DNA from: Phyllosticta citribraziliensis
Taxonomy: Eukaryota
Direction of reading: 5' to 3'
Assembly: GCF_038025025.1 (NCBI RefSeq)
Contig: NW_027117339.1
Location: 2,294,001-2,358,000 of the forward strand
DNA: 64,000 nt
Position numbers and translations under genes: made by a program. Shown piece by piece: positions 13,201-24,753 of the stretch; positions within the stretch are counted from its first letter, which is position 1; each line of letters starts with the position of its first letter. The notes under the pieces were generated by a model. That model was not told where the DNA came from and ran no database searches. It saw only the letters and a list, made by a program, of their open reading frames with translations.

Positions 13201-13958
13201 CATCTTGAGCGCTTCGCCGCGGCACCGTCAGCCTGGGCAGCACCGTTGACACCATTCGTCTCCTCGGCCACAGGCTGCTCGCTCGAGACGTCCCAGCGCT
13301 TCTTGCGCTTACGGCTGGCAGCTGCTGCGGAGCTCGATTCGCCATTCTCGGTTGCATCCTTCAGGGTAGGTTGGTGCTCCGGGGTCCCGTTTTCTTCTCC
13401 GTTGGCTTGCTTGTCTGCGATGAGTTTCCGTACGCGCTCTTCCTCTTCCTCGATTTGGCGCTTTTGCATGATTTCCTTGTACGTCAGGCCATCGTTGCCG
13501 TCGCCACGATCGAACCGCCGCTTCTGGTAGTCGGTCTCGCGCGAGGCAATCTGGGCCTGCTTCTCCTTGTCCATCAGGATATCATCCTCCTCGGCCCCGC
13601 CATGGGCGAATTCGTCCATCTGTGACCTGGTGGCCGTGTATTGCCCGACGAGCCTGTGGCCCTGGTCCTGGTCTTCATCCATCTCGTCATCGTGGGCTGG
13701 GATGGATGTGAGATAGCCGTCATACTTGTCGGATCCATTGCGTTCGTAGAGATCGGTGTCGAGCGCTTCCGTCAGCGAAGCCTTCGTCGAGTTGTCAGTC
13801 CTCTGGTTAGCCGGGTCGAAAGTCTTTGAACCTTTCTTCCCTGCAGCTGCTGCGTTGCGCTCCTGCTGCAGACGCTTGATCGTTTCGAAGTCGGCTGCCA
13901 GCTTGTCAGTAATGCGCAACGGGATAGGATGGCGCATCAGCGACGTACCGTCGGACAT
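10275..13958 (-). CDS. HSH155: U2 snRNP splicing factor SF3B1/Hsh155 (HEAT repeats); 54-nt in-frame intron 13895-13948
   Basis: RWD ULM motifs, [36 protein letters not shown] and C-terminal HEAT repeats. The likely start is MSD(A)DFETIK after removing GTACGT...TACTGAC...CAG. Confidence 0.97.
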   Translation of the reverse strand: MSDGTSLMRHPIPLRITDKLAADFETIKRLQQERNAAAAGKKGSKTFDPANQRTDNSTKASLTEALDTDLYERNGSDKYDGYLTSIPAHDDEMDEDQDQGHRLVGQYTATRSQMDEFAHGGAEEDDILMDKEKQAQIASRETDYQKRRFDRGDGNDGLTYKEIMQKRQIEEEEERVRKLIADKQANGEENGTPEHQPTLKDATENGESSSAAAASRKRKKRWDVSSEQPVAEETNGVNGAAQADGAAAKRSRWDETPMPGQDDGPKRRSRWDQAPALGAATPVATAGMATPMHPSQTPTVSYAFGMDMSGRNAPLSDEDLDAMLPGEKDGYAIVPYPPGYQPLVRVAPKKVAATPAPSNSLAGGFMMQEPESAKALGKQLPNEIPGVGELQFFKEQDMAYFGKLMDGQDEDELSMEEMKERKIMRLLLKVKNGTPPMRKTALRQLTDNARSFGAGPLFNQILPLLMERTLEDQERHLLVKVIDRILYKLDDMVRPYVHKILVVIEPLLIDQDYYARVEGREIISNLAKAAGLAHMISTMRPDIDHPDEYVRNTTARAFAVVASALGIPALLPFLRAVCRSKKSWQARHTGVKIVQQIPILMGCAILPHLKGLVDCIGDNLNDEQVKVRTVTALAIAALAEAANPYGIESFDDILNPLWTGARKQRGKGLAGFLKAVGYIIPLMDEEYANYYTSQIMEILLREFSSPDEEMKKVVLKVVSQCAKTEGVTAGYLKEHVLNDFFKSFWVRRMALDKRNYRQVVETTVDLGQKVGVSEIVERIVNNLKDESEPYRKMTVETLEKVIASLGAADIGERLEERLVDGILHSFQEQSIEDIVMLNGFGTVVNALGQRCKPYLPQIVSTILWRLNNKSATVRQQAADLVSRIALVMKQCGEDALMGKLGTVLYEYLGEEYPEVLGSILGALRSIVTVVGIHQMQPPIKDLLPRLTPILRNRHEKVQENTIDLVGRIADRGPESVNAREWMRICFELLDMLKAHKKGIRRAANNTFGFIAKAIGPQDVLATLLNNLRVQERQSRVCTAVAIGIVAETCAPFTVLPALMNEYRVPELNVQNGVLKSLSFLFEYIGEMAKDYVYAVTPLLEDALIDRDQVHRQTAASVVKHVALGVVGLGCEDAMVHLLNLLLPNIFETSPHVIDRIIEAIEAIRVAVGMGTVMNYVWSGLFHPARKVRVPYWRIYNDAYVHAADAMVPYFPDLGDPETERHELMIVL

Positions 13959-14393
13959 CTTGGCGGATGGAGACAATGATGATCCGGAGAGCGCTTCGTG
14001 CCGTGAGCTATTTAGGCCGCCGACATTTAAGAGCAGTAGTTGGTCGACGGGTGAGTCGTGGATGGCGGAGTTTGGGTTGTGAAGTTCTAGCCAGGCGGAG
14101 GCCAAGCGGCGAGGTCAGCAGCGGGCGCCGGTGCCGAGAGCACGCTAGTCCTCTTACATCACCCGGTGGGTTCGCGATTTTCCCGCCCATTTTTTTGCCT
14201 CACCTCATGAACGCCAGGTCGCAAGTTCAAATCAAGGCTGCATTCCAAATGATGAAAGTCACTTGCGCAATGGCGTGAAACAATAAGGAGCTTTCGTGGA
14301 TGCTGCCATTTTCCCACGCATACGATTACTGTGTACGAACCAGCTATTAACGTCCATCTTTGCAATCTTGTTTCCAGGGCATCCGAAAGCCTC

Positions 14394-17300
14394 TCAGAGC
14401 TGCAGTCTAAAAGTGGCGACCTCAAACGCTCTGAGTTCAATCTTCGCCTTTCCATCTTTGATATCAAGCTCCTCGCCGTCATCCTCAAGCACGTTGGTCC
14501 TCACGACCTTGCGCACGGGCAGCTGGCCCCAATCGATGAAACCTCGGGCTTTGCCACCCATGCTATCATAAATTCTGAGCACGATGCTTCTGCCAGGTCG
14601 GGGCGGCAGCTCTCCACGCGAAACATCCTCATCGTCCTCGCCGCGCTTCACGGTGTCGAGCACAAGGGCCGGAGAGCCGCCGAGCTGGATCGACGAGAGG
14701 AGTTTGGAAACCTTTTCAGGAGACGGGTGCGAATGCATCTTCAGCGGGTTGTTGAAGTTGTAGGCAGTGCGAACCGTCGTTGAGGAGAGCGACCCTGTAT
14801 GAGGCAAGATGGCATAGCGGATGTGGTGCCGACCTAGTGCTTGGTGAGTATTCGTCCTGAATCCTCAGTAGCTTTTCACTTACCCATGTCTGCGTGAGCA
14901 TCAGGTGCCTTGGGTGCTCTCAACAAGCTCAATCTCATCAAACTTCCGCAGGTAGCGAACCCATACTTGGAGTCGTTCAGGATGGACACGCCGTATCCGG
15001 CTTCGCTCAAATCAGCCCACTTGTGGCAGCAAACCTCAAACTTGGCCATATCCCAAGTGGTGTTGTAGTGCGTTGGGCGCCTGATGATTCCATACTGCGT
15101 CTCGTAGCTTGCCTCGGTGTTGACTACGTCGACTGGGAATTCTACCTTGAGGAACTTCATGGTCTCGCGCCATTCGACCTCGCTCTCCATCGCGACATAG
15201 CTGGGCTGGTCGTTGACTACAGCAGCGAGGCTGATGGTCGTCTTGACCCAGCTCTTGTCGCTGATCTTTGTCTCTGTGACGACCGAGACCTTGTGAGGGC
15301 CGTTCTCATAAATGGAGCTGCGGGTGGGCTTCAGCTCCTGTCTTGATTCCAGATGGTACACTTCGACGTCCCAAGCTTGCCAGTAGAGAGGCTTGTCATC
15401 GAAAATCACAAGCTGGTTGGCCTTCTCTCCTGGCGGAATGACCTCCCTATCGGCCGCAATGTCGAAGAGCGATGTGATGATGCCGTTGTCCACGCGAACG
15501 CGGAACTGGTTGTTCGAGAGCACGTAGACACCAGGCTCCACCTCCTTAATCGAAGCAGTGGATTCCGTGGCCGAGGTGAGCAAATCAGTCTCCATCACGC
15601 CAGTGTCTCCACTCGCAATGGCATATTGAGGCTTAGGAGATTTGATCGGAAGCTTCGTCAGCTCTTCGCGATGCCAACCCAGGGTATTCAGAGCCAGGGT
15701 TTTGCTGTCCACACCAGGCTCATCATCGTCGAAACCGAGAATTCGCAAGGCATCCGACAACAGCTTCTCGCCCGTCTTGAAGACCTTGGCGTAGAGCTAA
15801 AACACATCGTCAGCAAAGTCAAGCTTGGCGAGCAATTTTCGCCTTACCTCGTCAGAGTCGTCGTAACACATCTCGATGCTGCTTCCAGGCAGACAATCAT
15901 GGAACTGGCACAGCAAGACTGCCTCCCACATGTCGTCGATCTGCTGCTTCGGGTACTTGTAGTTCGAACTTCCGTCATCCCCAGGAAGGAGATCTTTCAA
16001 CGTCGCCAAAGTGGCAAAGTATTCAATGTCATGGAGCATAATCTCTGCCTGGCGATTGTTTCTTTTGTTGTTCGCTTGCGTCGTATATGTCCCGCGGTGC
16101 AACTCAAAGTAGAGCTCGCCGTACCAGGTCACAAACTCGGTACCTTGTTCGGCTCTCTTTTCTAGCTTTGCGAAGAACTCGTCAACGGAGCCGCCCATCT
16201 TGACACGCGGCAAAAGGCCTGCATTGTCAGCAACTCCACGGCAGCGCCTGAGCTTCTCAATGTGCTCCCAGGTAGGACCACCGCCACCGTCACCCTTGCC
16301 AAACACGAGCAGGGACGAAGCATCCTGGTCCATGGACTTGTGCTGAGTAACGCTCCGCTTGACATCACCGAAGTGGGCTTCCGCCGTGTAAGTTTCTGCA
16401 GGAGCCATATGGCAGATGACCTGGCTGCCGTCCAGAGCCACCCAGTTGAAGGTGGTATGCGGGAAGTTGTTGATGTTGTTCCAGCTCAGCTTCTGTGTGA
16501 AAAAGCGAGTCATGCCGGCCAGACGGCAAATCTGGGGCAACTGAGTGGAGTATCCAAAAGTGTCGGGAAGCCAAAATGTGGAGCATCGCTGACCAAAACG
16601 GCTTTCAAAAAAGCGTTGGCCGTAAATGAACTGGCGGACAAGAGATTCGCCACTGGGCATGTTGGTGTCGTGTTCGACCCAGCTGCCACCAATTGGCTGA
16701 AACTTTCCCTCCTTGACTTTGGCCTTGACGCGGTCAAAGGTTGATGGGTAAAGCTGCTCCAGCCACTTGTACTGCTGGGCTTGCGAACAGCAGAAACGAA
16801 GCTCGGGATAGCGATCCATGAGATCGCACTGGTTGGACCAAGAGCGAGCAACCTTGCGCTTGGTCTCTGCCCACGGCCAAAGCCAGCAAGTATCAATATG
16901 ACAATGGCCAATGGCACTGATCAGCGCGTCCTGGCCATCGTAAATGTCCGGCGAGTCGACCTTGTCTCCAAGGTAAGTTTTGGCAATCTTGCGACACTCT
17001 TTGATCGTCTCCTTGCTGCCATCGCCAGCAATGAAAGTATCCATGATTCTGTTGCAGACTTGAAGAGCCTCATGCTCTTGCCATGAGTCTGAAGGAAACT
17101 CTCGAGCGCAGTCTACGCCATGTCAGCATACTCCGGAGATCGCGGAAGGCGCATAACAAACCTCCGAGAACCCAGAAGTCGATGTAGAGCGCTCTGGCAT
17201 CCAAATTTATTGCGACGATGTCTGCCGTGGACAGCCGAAAGTACCTGTCAGGATTGGGAGGCTGGATGGTGTCGCCTCCGCTGGGGTTTCCAAACATGCC

Positions 17301-17901
17301 GTTGCATGCCATTTCAACATAGAAGATGTGCTCTTTGCCATCTCTGAAGCTTTGGGGCAAGATCCATTCAGTACGCTCACCCCCGCCTGTCAACCCGTGC
17401 ACCGGATTTCCTTCTTCCGTCCAAATGAGACCCTCATTGTTTGCATCCCAATGGAACTCGAGATGTTCCTTGTCCTTCAGCGACGGAGGAACGGTCAAGT
17501 GTACGCGGAACCAGTGCGTAGCCCAACTAGGACCAAACGACTGGCCGACCTCGGTGGGCCTGAATTCGTGGGAGGTTGCCTCTTTAAAGGTAGGTCGGGA
17601 AAGGTTGGGCGGCGAATAAACGAACAGCTTGACGTGCTCGGAGCCCTTTGCGCGTCCATCGGTTATCTTTCTGTCGCAGTATTAGCAAGAGATGACGTGC
17701 GGTGACCGAGGTCGGTCAAATGCGGTCAACCAATGGGCGTGGTGCATACGGTAGCAGTCCCTTGGACTCGTACTGGCCTCCGCTGGTAAACTGCCTCAGC
17801 CGATCGAGGTAGATCTTGTGGATCTGCTTGCCAACTGGGCGAGAGGCAAGCTTTGGATATTCTTTCTGAGGAGTCATGGCGATGTGTGTTTCTCCCCCCA
17901 T
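14394..17901 (-). CDS. AMS1: Vacuolar/cytosolic alpha-mannosidase, GH38 (5 exons; introns ~17671-17749, 17113-17161, 15797-15847, 14834-14883)
   Basis: [50 protein letters not shown] and [11 protein letters not shown] are GH38 class IIC motifs. The ORF fragments are joined by consensus introns. Confidence 0.96.
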
Positions 17902-18515
17902 CGTGAGAGCAGCCTTGGAGGTTGAAATGCTCTTGATTTGGGGACAGGTGATGGAGAAACAGCAGGACACCTGCAGCTTTGGGGCAGCACCCAACCAAGG
18001 AGCTAAGGAGCTTGGATCAACCTTCCCCGCCTTCCGCCACGGGAGCCCGCCGCGCTTCCCGTCCCACCCAGCCACCAAGGTGGTCAGTGCACATCCAACC
18101 TCACTCCATTCTGAAATGCACATGGAACGTCTGACGGCACAAGGTTCATTATTACACTACCTAAATCAGCTCGTCTTGGCTTCACCGTCTTTCGACAGGC
18201 TACTAGTCACCAGCACTGCGTAGAAGTGCGAGCTGTTCGCTGGTGTCCTGCGGAAACTCGTCAGCATGAACCACAACCTCACCATTCAGTTTAGCCAGTT
18301 GGGGCTGAGGACCTGGACGGAGCACGGTTAGTCGAGTCAGCTTTGTTCCAGTCAAGTTACGTACCGGGCAATATGCAAACTCAAACCACCATGCAGGTGA
18401 TACCAAACCGGAGTGGGTCATCTGGAGCGGATTAGCATTGCAACTTCAAGTATGAGCGAATACATACAGTTCCCGTGGACGTGTCGAACCACCATTATTG
18501 GTATCAGCTGCTCTT

Positions 18516-18957
18516 GAGAATAGATGACCAGGTCTCGCGGCCCCGGGTCGATTCTGACTTGGAAACTTGCCCTTACGCCCGCACAAAATGTCCCATACGT
18601 TCGGCATTACGCCTAATTGTTCAAAGGAACCCCTGGACGAAGCTTGGGGGCGAAGAGACACAAAGCCATCCTCTAACCGTGGCCTTGAGTGGTCATAAGG
18701 GTCGAGGCAAGTGGTTGGCGATACTGGTCGTCCGTCGAGAGTAGATGGCCTGGTCTCCCGGCCCCGGGTCGATTCTGACGTGGAAACTTGCCCTTACGCC
18801 CATACAAAATGTCCCATACGTTCGGCATTACGCCTAGTTGTTCAAAGAGACCCCTGGACGAAGCTTGGGGGCGAAGAAACACACAGCCATCCTTTTACCG
18901 GGACTGTGAGTGGCCATGAGGGTCGAAGCAAGTGGTTGGCGATACTGGCCGCACGTT
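18516..18957. repeat. Tandem direct duplication, 2 x 221 bp (18516-18736 and 18737-18957)
   Basis: The copies align without indels at offset 221, with about 25 substitutions by manual count (~89% identity). The repeat abuts the stop codon of the ORF at 18957. Confidence 0.93.
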
Positions 18958-19982
18958 CACCCCATGTTGCCGTCGAGAGGCTCTTTAGACACCGGTCGGA
19001 GCTGGGGCGGCAGCTCAATGAGCTCCCGAAGCACAAAGTTGTTCCAGTGGAAGTAGATACTATCGGCCATCTTCCACTTGTCGACGTACTTGACCTTAGG
19101 CTGGAGATTGAAGCGAACCTTCCTCGGGGGTGGCCGGAGCTTGGGCGGCTGCTCGATGAGTTCGCGGAGAACGAAATGGCTCCAGTGGTCGCGAATGTCG
19201 TTGGGAATGGTCCAGCCGACAGAGACCTCGGGATTCCAGCGGACCTTCTTGCGGGGGGCGTCGTCCATTTCCATGTCGCCATCCGAGTCGCGTTGTCCAA
19301 TGTCGCGCAGTTCCCGCTTGGCGTGGCCTCGGACGAGTTCGAACATGACGCATTCTTGCCAGTACCGGTGGAGCTCGTCGGGCTGAGCAACCGAGCTGAT
19401 GTCGACTTCCTTGCGCGTGGGCATAAATTCCGGGACAGGGTCAAAACTGACTGACTTGGCGGGCTTGTCACGGGATTCGGCGTCCGGAGACTGAGGAGTC
19501 GGCAAGTAGGGCGGAATCTCGTCGACCAGATCTTCGTCGCTCTTCCAAGAGACGTTCTTGACTTTCCGGTTGACACAAACGGCGCGGTGCTTCTTGAGGA
19601 TCGGACAGTCCGGGGCCCAAGGTCCGGTCCGACGTCTGCAGAAACAACGGTCAGTGTATCCCTTACCTGGCAACAGAACGAGGTCGTCCAGTCCGAGTGG
19701 CTGTGGCGGCAGAGGATGGCGGCCTTCCCAGAGAATCTTGCCGACCGTAAAGGTTTTGCTGGAGAAGGAGACGAGGACGGGCAGGATGACGACCAGTATC
19801 GCCAAAACCACGAGGAATGCGAAGGCTGAGGGTGGCGGCTGCAGCAAAGGGACAAGTCGCGGTCGCGCCACAAGGACGCTTGGCGGCTTGCAGGTAAAGG
19901 CGAGAAGAAGAAAGTAGAGGGCGCTGGGGAGACCCTGGCGCAGCTCCGAGGGGAAAAACGGTGAGAACTTGATGAAATCCAT
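18957..19982 (-). CDS. Orphan 341-aa protein: N-terminal hydrophobic/TM segments plus multiple RVxF-like motifs and internal repeats
   Basis: ATG-initiated intronless ORF with C/G-ending codon bias. TM-like AFAFLVVLAILVVILPVLVSF; motifs KNVSW, KSVSF, KKVRW, RKVRF; repeat HWxxFVLRELIExPPxLRP twice. An AT-rich TATA-like stretch lies ~55 bp upstream (20035-20044) with a pyrimidine-rich leader. Confidence 0.7.
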   Translation of the reverse strand: MDFIKFSPFFPSELRQGLPSALYFLLLAFTCKPPSVLVARPRLVPLLQPPPSAFAFLVVLAILVVILPVLVSFSSKTFTVGKILWEGRHPLPPQPLGLDDLVLLPGKGYTDRCFCRRRTGPWAPDCPILKKHRAVCVNRKVKNVSWKSDEDLVDEIPPYLPTPQSPDAESRDKPAKSVSFDPVPEFMPTRKEVDISSVAQPDELHRYWQECVMFELVRGHAKRELRDIGQRDSDGDMEMDDAPRKKVRWNPEVSVGWTIPNDIRDHWSHFVLRELIEQPPKLRPPPRKVRFNLQPKVKYVDKWKMADSIYFHWNNFVLRELIELPPQLRPVSKEPLDGNMG

Positions 19983-20849
19983 GATAGACAGTGGAGGAAA
20001 AAGAAGAGGGAGGGTTTGGGGTGGAGGCTCAAGACTTAAATATTCGCCTGGAGCCCGTTGCTATGTGGGCTCACGATGCGCCTGCGGTTGCTATGGGGCA
20101 TTTCGGCGTGGGCGTTGACAAAATGTGCCATTCACCTCTTGCTGGCGGCGGCAGGCAGGCGCAGGCAGCGGTAAAAAGTGCAAAACACTACATGCTAAGT
20201 GTTAAATCTATTAGAACGATTGAAAATCATAGCATACAAGAAACGTCGGTGCACTCTCTTTCTACAGATGCATCGCGAAAAGGCTTGGCGTGGTGTTGCG
20301 GCTCTTGCGTGTCATTGAGGGCGTCGCAACTCTACTACCAACACCAGACGCGTCGCATTGTACATAGAAAGGCTCAAAAACAGTCCTCGCTGCATTTTGC
20401 AACGATGGACATGTCTGAAAGACGTGTAGCCAAATTTGAGCTAGTCATGCCAACGTTACCTGCCCGTTGAAGACATAAAGCCAATGCTGTCAAATGCCTT
20501 ACTTCTCATATCACCAAGGCCCTTTTATTTAGGGAACCCATCCACAATGCATCCTCATTGCCTGTCTTCTTGCAAGAAACAATCGTTGAAGACAACCACT
20601 GCTGGTCTGAGACAAAATGTAGCAGTGTTGCTTTGAGCTTTGAGCTGGAAGTATCATCACTAGCGCACGAATTGCCACGTGCAAGACATTGCGGGCTAAA
20701 AATCACTGGGATTTCTTTTTACGATGTAGCCGCCGCCGCGTTCTTGGACGATCCCGAAACACACAGGCTGATTCCCATGTCAGCGGCATGTTGAGCGCGA
20801 GCTTTCATTCATTGAGCAGAGCCATGTCTATATACAAAAAGGGAGGACT

Positions 20850-22535
20850 CTACTTGGTCTTCTCGGCTTCCTGCTCAGTGTTCTTTGCCTCTGCCTCTTT
20901 GCCCTCAGAGAGCTTCGACTCTTCAGACTCCTCCTTCTCGTCAATGTCCTTGTCGTCCTTGGGAGTTGCTGCTGCGCGAGCAGACTTGCGAGTTTCGAGC
21001 TGCTCATTTTCCTCGTCAATGAGCTCCTGCTGCTCCTTGAGGACTTCGAGACGCTGCTTGTTGGTGGCAGCGCCCTCGGCAGTGTGGACCTCAAGCTCGA
21101 TTTCGTGGAAAAGCTCCTCGGGGATACTGGAAAGTACGGCCTTGAGGGCGTCGATTTGCGAGTCCATCTCGGCGTCCTTGCCCTGGCTGTACATGAAGGC
21201 GTTGCTGAGGACCAACAGAGTGGAAGGGACCCGGTGCTTGAGGCGGAGCTCCAGCCAGGTCTGCAGATCATCACGCAGCCTGGCGGGGCTCATGCCGTGA
21301 GTGCGCAGACCGCGGCTTGCGCAAGCATTCTGGAGCTCCGGAACAGACAGCGATTCGACGCCCTCGATGAAAATCATCTTGTCGTCACGCTTGATTTGGC
21401 GCATACGGTGGCGGATTTGATAGCGGAGAATGTTGTCGGTGCCAAAGGTGTTCAAGTTCATGTACCGGCAGATTGCGACCAGCTGGGGGCGGGAGAGGTT
21501 GTCCAGAGTAAGGTCATCCTTGAAGATCTGGCAGACCTTGATGACATCGGCCTGCGTTGGAGATTCGCCGGTGGTGCGGATCTAAAGCCGGTCAGTCTAC
21601 AAACCAGCAACTAGGACTTGTGTGACCGACCTTGCGGAAGAACTCGGTGAACTCTTCGCGTTGCGCATTGACGGCGCTCACTGGCAGACCAGTCTCTGTG
21701 AGAGTCTGGCGGAGGAAGTCGCTGACTTCTTTTCGCGTTGCGCGAAGGCTCACCATCTTGCTATCCTTGGTTGTTTGGCCTTCATATGTGCTGGGCAGCA
21801 TATTGGGGAACAGCTTAAGGGCAACAGGCAGGAGAAGTTCGGCGAATGGCACAATGACGAACATGGAAAAGGGCACGAGGCGACCCAGGTCTTGGACAGT
21901 GCGGCGAAGCTGCAGCAAAGTCAGTGACTAGACGGCTATTGGGTCTCGTGAAAGAAACCTACCTGTCTGTTCTCGCGGCGGGTCAATTCGTAACCAGCGG
22001 CCATCTTCAGGGCGAGTTTTGTGCTAATCCTGACTTCGGTCGCCAACAGCTTTGTCCCATCCCAGTAATGACTAGCTTCTTTCTTGACCTTTTGCCAGAT
22101 GGTGAGCTTCTTGAGTTCCTCATCCTTGTTCGCAAGCTCCTTGGATTTTGGGTCGTTGGAGCTGGCCTTTTCCGCGGCGAGCTCCGTCAGACTTTGACGC
22201 TCCTCTGCGGTGGTCTTTGATTGCGCAGTAGGCTGGTCCTTGGGCTGCTTGAGGTTTTTCAACGTGTCCTCATCAGGCTGAGCCTTGAGAGGCTGCCCCG
22301 ACTGGTCATCTTTTGACAGGGGCTTTTTTGCCTCCTTGGCATTGAAGCCAGGAGGAGGAAACTGCCCGGTAGATTGTGATGACGTCGAGGGCTCGGTGGA
22401 GTAGGCCAGGCGGGGGATGAGGATGGCAAGAGCCGAGACTTCACGGGGAAGAGAGCGTGGGCTCCTCCGCAAAGGCCTGGAGGCACCTCTCAGGAGCACA
22501 GGCGTGATGCGGGTTGCGGAGCGATTGAGAGACAT
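20850..22535 (-). CDS. MDM38: Mitochondrial LETM1/Mdm38 inner-membrane protein (3 exons; introns 21910-21962, 21582-21630)
   Basis: Presequence-like N-terminus; [72 protein letters not shown] and ELQNACASRG are LETM1 motifs. Confidence 0.96.
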
Positions 22536-23431
22536 GCTGAGCCAGGCTCAGACAAAAAAGGGAGCGGGCCGCTGGATCGAGGGCGGCGAAGCGGTCGCGT
22601 GGGAGAAAGGTGGGCGAGTATCGGTGGTCGAGGTGGAAAGGAGAGGTGGTGGTGGAAGTGGGATGGAGAAGGGAGGTTGGATGATGGAAGAAAGAAGAGG
22701 CCTTGAAGGTTACCAGTCGCAAAGATCATCGGCCAGGTACAAGGGCAGACAGCCAGTCGAGCTTGGCGCGTTGTTCGTCACGTTTCGAGAAGGGCCCGGC
22801 CAGGCATTGGACGGAGGAGCCACAGGTGGCACAGCCCGGAGCGGAGTGGCGGCGTCGGGGAATGTCGGGGGCCGTGAGGTGGGTTCCTGAGGAAACCTGA
22901 ACCCCCGGCCGACTCCGGCCGCCCGAGCCGAGGGTGCCTGCAGAGGGAGACGTTGCCAAAAGACGCTCTGCGCGTTGTGCTGGTCGCCAAACAACTCCTC
23001 ATCCTCGTGTGAAATCTACCATTCCTCTGCTCCTTCATGCCGAATTGCGTCTCCAACTCGGCTCATGGCGTCCGCCCGGGTCGCGCGACCGTTGCGCGGC
23101 TGATCTGACAAGCCGCCAACCAACCAACCAACACACACGGTTCCCCGGCGAAGTGACTGCTTGGCATCTCAACGCCTTCTCTGGCCTCCCCACCAAACTC
23201 CGCGCCCGAAGGCTTGTGTCCTCTGCCACTGAGTCAACCTATCAGTCAACCTCTCGACATTTGTCCCCTTCATCGTCATGTTTCCCTGACCCAAGCTTGC
23301 CATCTTTCATTTCCGGACCGGACCCTACGACACATTTCGTGCCAACCCGTCGCAGCAGGCCGTCGCAGCCCTCGGGCACCCCGCGCCCGTCTCGTCCTCG
23401 ATCGAATTCCCATCGCAACCAACAAGCCAGA

Positions 23432-24287
23432 ATGCAGCCTCTCTCCAGAGCCGCGCGCATCATCCTCGTAGGCGCGCCGGGCGTGGGCAAGGGCACTCAG
23501 TCCGAGCGCCTCATGAAGCGCTTCCCTCAGTTGAATTCGATCAGTTCCGGCGACCTGCTGCGCACAAATGTCCGCAACCGCACTCCGCTCGGTAAGTCGC
23601 GTGCTCGTCCTCGGCATTGCCTCGCCGCTGACCTTCGTCGCGACCCCAGGCATCCAAGCCGAAGTGAAGATCAAGACGGGCGCATTGGTTCCTGACGCCA
23701 TGATGGTGCGCTTGATCATCAACGAGCTGTCGACGCGAGGTTGGCTGGTCCCCGACACCATCAGGCCGTACAGCGTCAACTACGCCACCCCCGAGGCCGA
23801 AATCCCCGCCGACACTGTGGATGACGTCTTCATTCCCTCGCCGTTTCCTGCCTCCAAGTACAACTATTCCGAGTGCCCATCGGCCTCGTTCATCCTGGAC
23901 GGATTCCCCCGCACCGCCCAGCAGGCCACGCAGATTGACGAAATCATCCCCATCAACCTCGTCGTCAACCTCAAGACGCCTGCGTCCGTCATTCTCGACC
24001 GCATCTGCAACAGATTGGTCCACGAGCCCTCTGGCAGGGTTTACAACACGACGTTTAATCCGCCCAAGGTTGAGGGCAGGGATGATGTCACGGGGGAGCC
24101 TCTGACCAAGCGCGCCGACGACTCTCCCGAAGTTTGGACCACTAGGCTCAAGAAATTCGAAGAGACGAGCATGCCGCTTTTGGAGCATTACAACCAAAAG
24201 GGCGTGCTGTGGGAGGTCGAGGGAAACAGCAGCGACGAGATCACCCCGAAGCTCTTCAAAGAGTTTGAGAAGCGATTCTCAGTATAA
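23432..24287 (+). CDS. ADK2: Mitochondrial GTP:AMP phosphotransferase (adenylate kinase AK3/Adk2), intron 23592-23649
   Basis: P-loop [51 protein letters not shown] and [14 protein letters not shown]. Confidence 0.95.
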
Positions 24288-24480
24288 ACAAACCGTCCGT
24301 TGTTGAGCTTGGAGTTTGGAGTTGGAACGGCCGCGCAGCGCAATGCAGGCCATGATCTTTGCGTTTTGAGATGCTTCACGGCTAGTGTACAGTACTGTTG
24401 CGAATATGGCCGGACCCAGCCTGGCGCACAATTCATTACGACGATAATAAGCACACCCATGATTACGACCAAAGCCTGCA

Positions 24481-24629
24481 CAGTGGGTGTCTCATTTCTT
24501 TCGAAACCCTAGGTCTAAATGTAGTAGTGAATGAATGCTCCCATTTTTTTAGTTGTAGAAGTGAGTGAATGCTCCCTAGTTGCACTCACACTAGGAAGTC
24601 TGTCGCATTTCTTTCAACAACACCCACTG
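24481..24629. mobile_element. MITE-like relic, copy A (Tc1/mariner-type ends), ~149 bp
   Basis: Ends CAGTGGGTG...CACCCACTG; a perfect 12-bp inverted repeat CACAGTGGGTGT/ACACCCACTGTG when the flanks are included. Non-coding, and similar along its length to copy B. Confidence 0.65.
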
Positions 24630-24753
24630 TGTCTGCGTTGATGCTGTGCCTGAGGAAGCAGTCGTGATGCAACCGGCGACTGCCGTGGATGCGCTCGACC
24701 TGACGTTCAACAGCACCTCTGCTGGCACCTCACCCAGCCCGCCCGTTTCTTTA

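Noticed and set aside
13959..14105. N-terminal extension of the SF3B1 ORF in the track
   Set aside because: It begins at a non-ATG codon, whereas the ATG at 13958 plus a consensus intron gives a typical MSDADF start.
19637..19667. Consensus-looking 31-nt intron (GTAAGG...ACTGAC...CTGCAG) in the orphan ORF
   Set aside because: It is shorter than every intron modelled here (47 nt or more), and splicing would shift the frame away from the codon-biased ORF. Only RNA-seq could rescue it.
18842..20032. 396-aa overlapping ORF on the same strand as the orphan gene
   Set aside because: S/R/T-rich composition typical of an off-frame reading of a GC3-rich gene.
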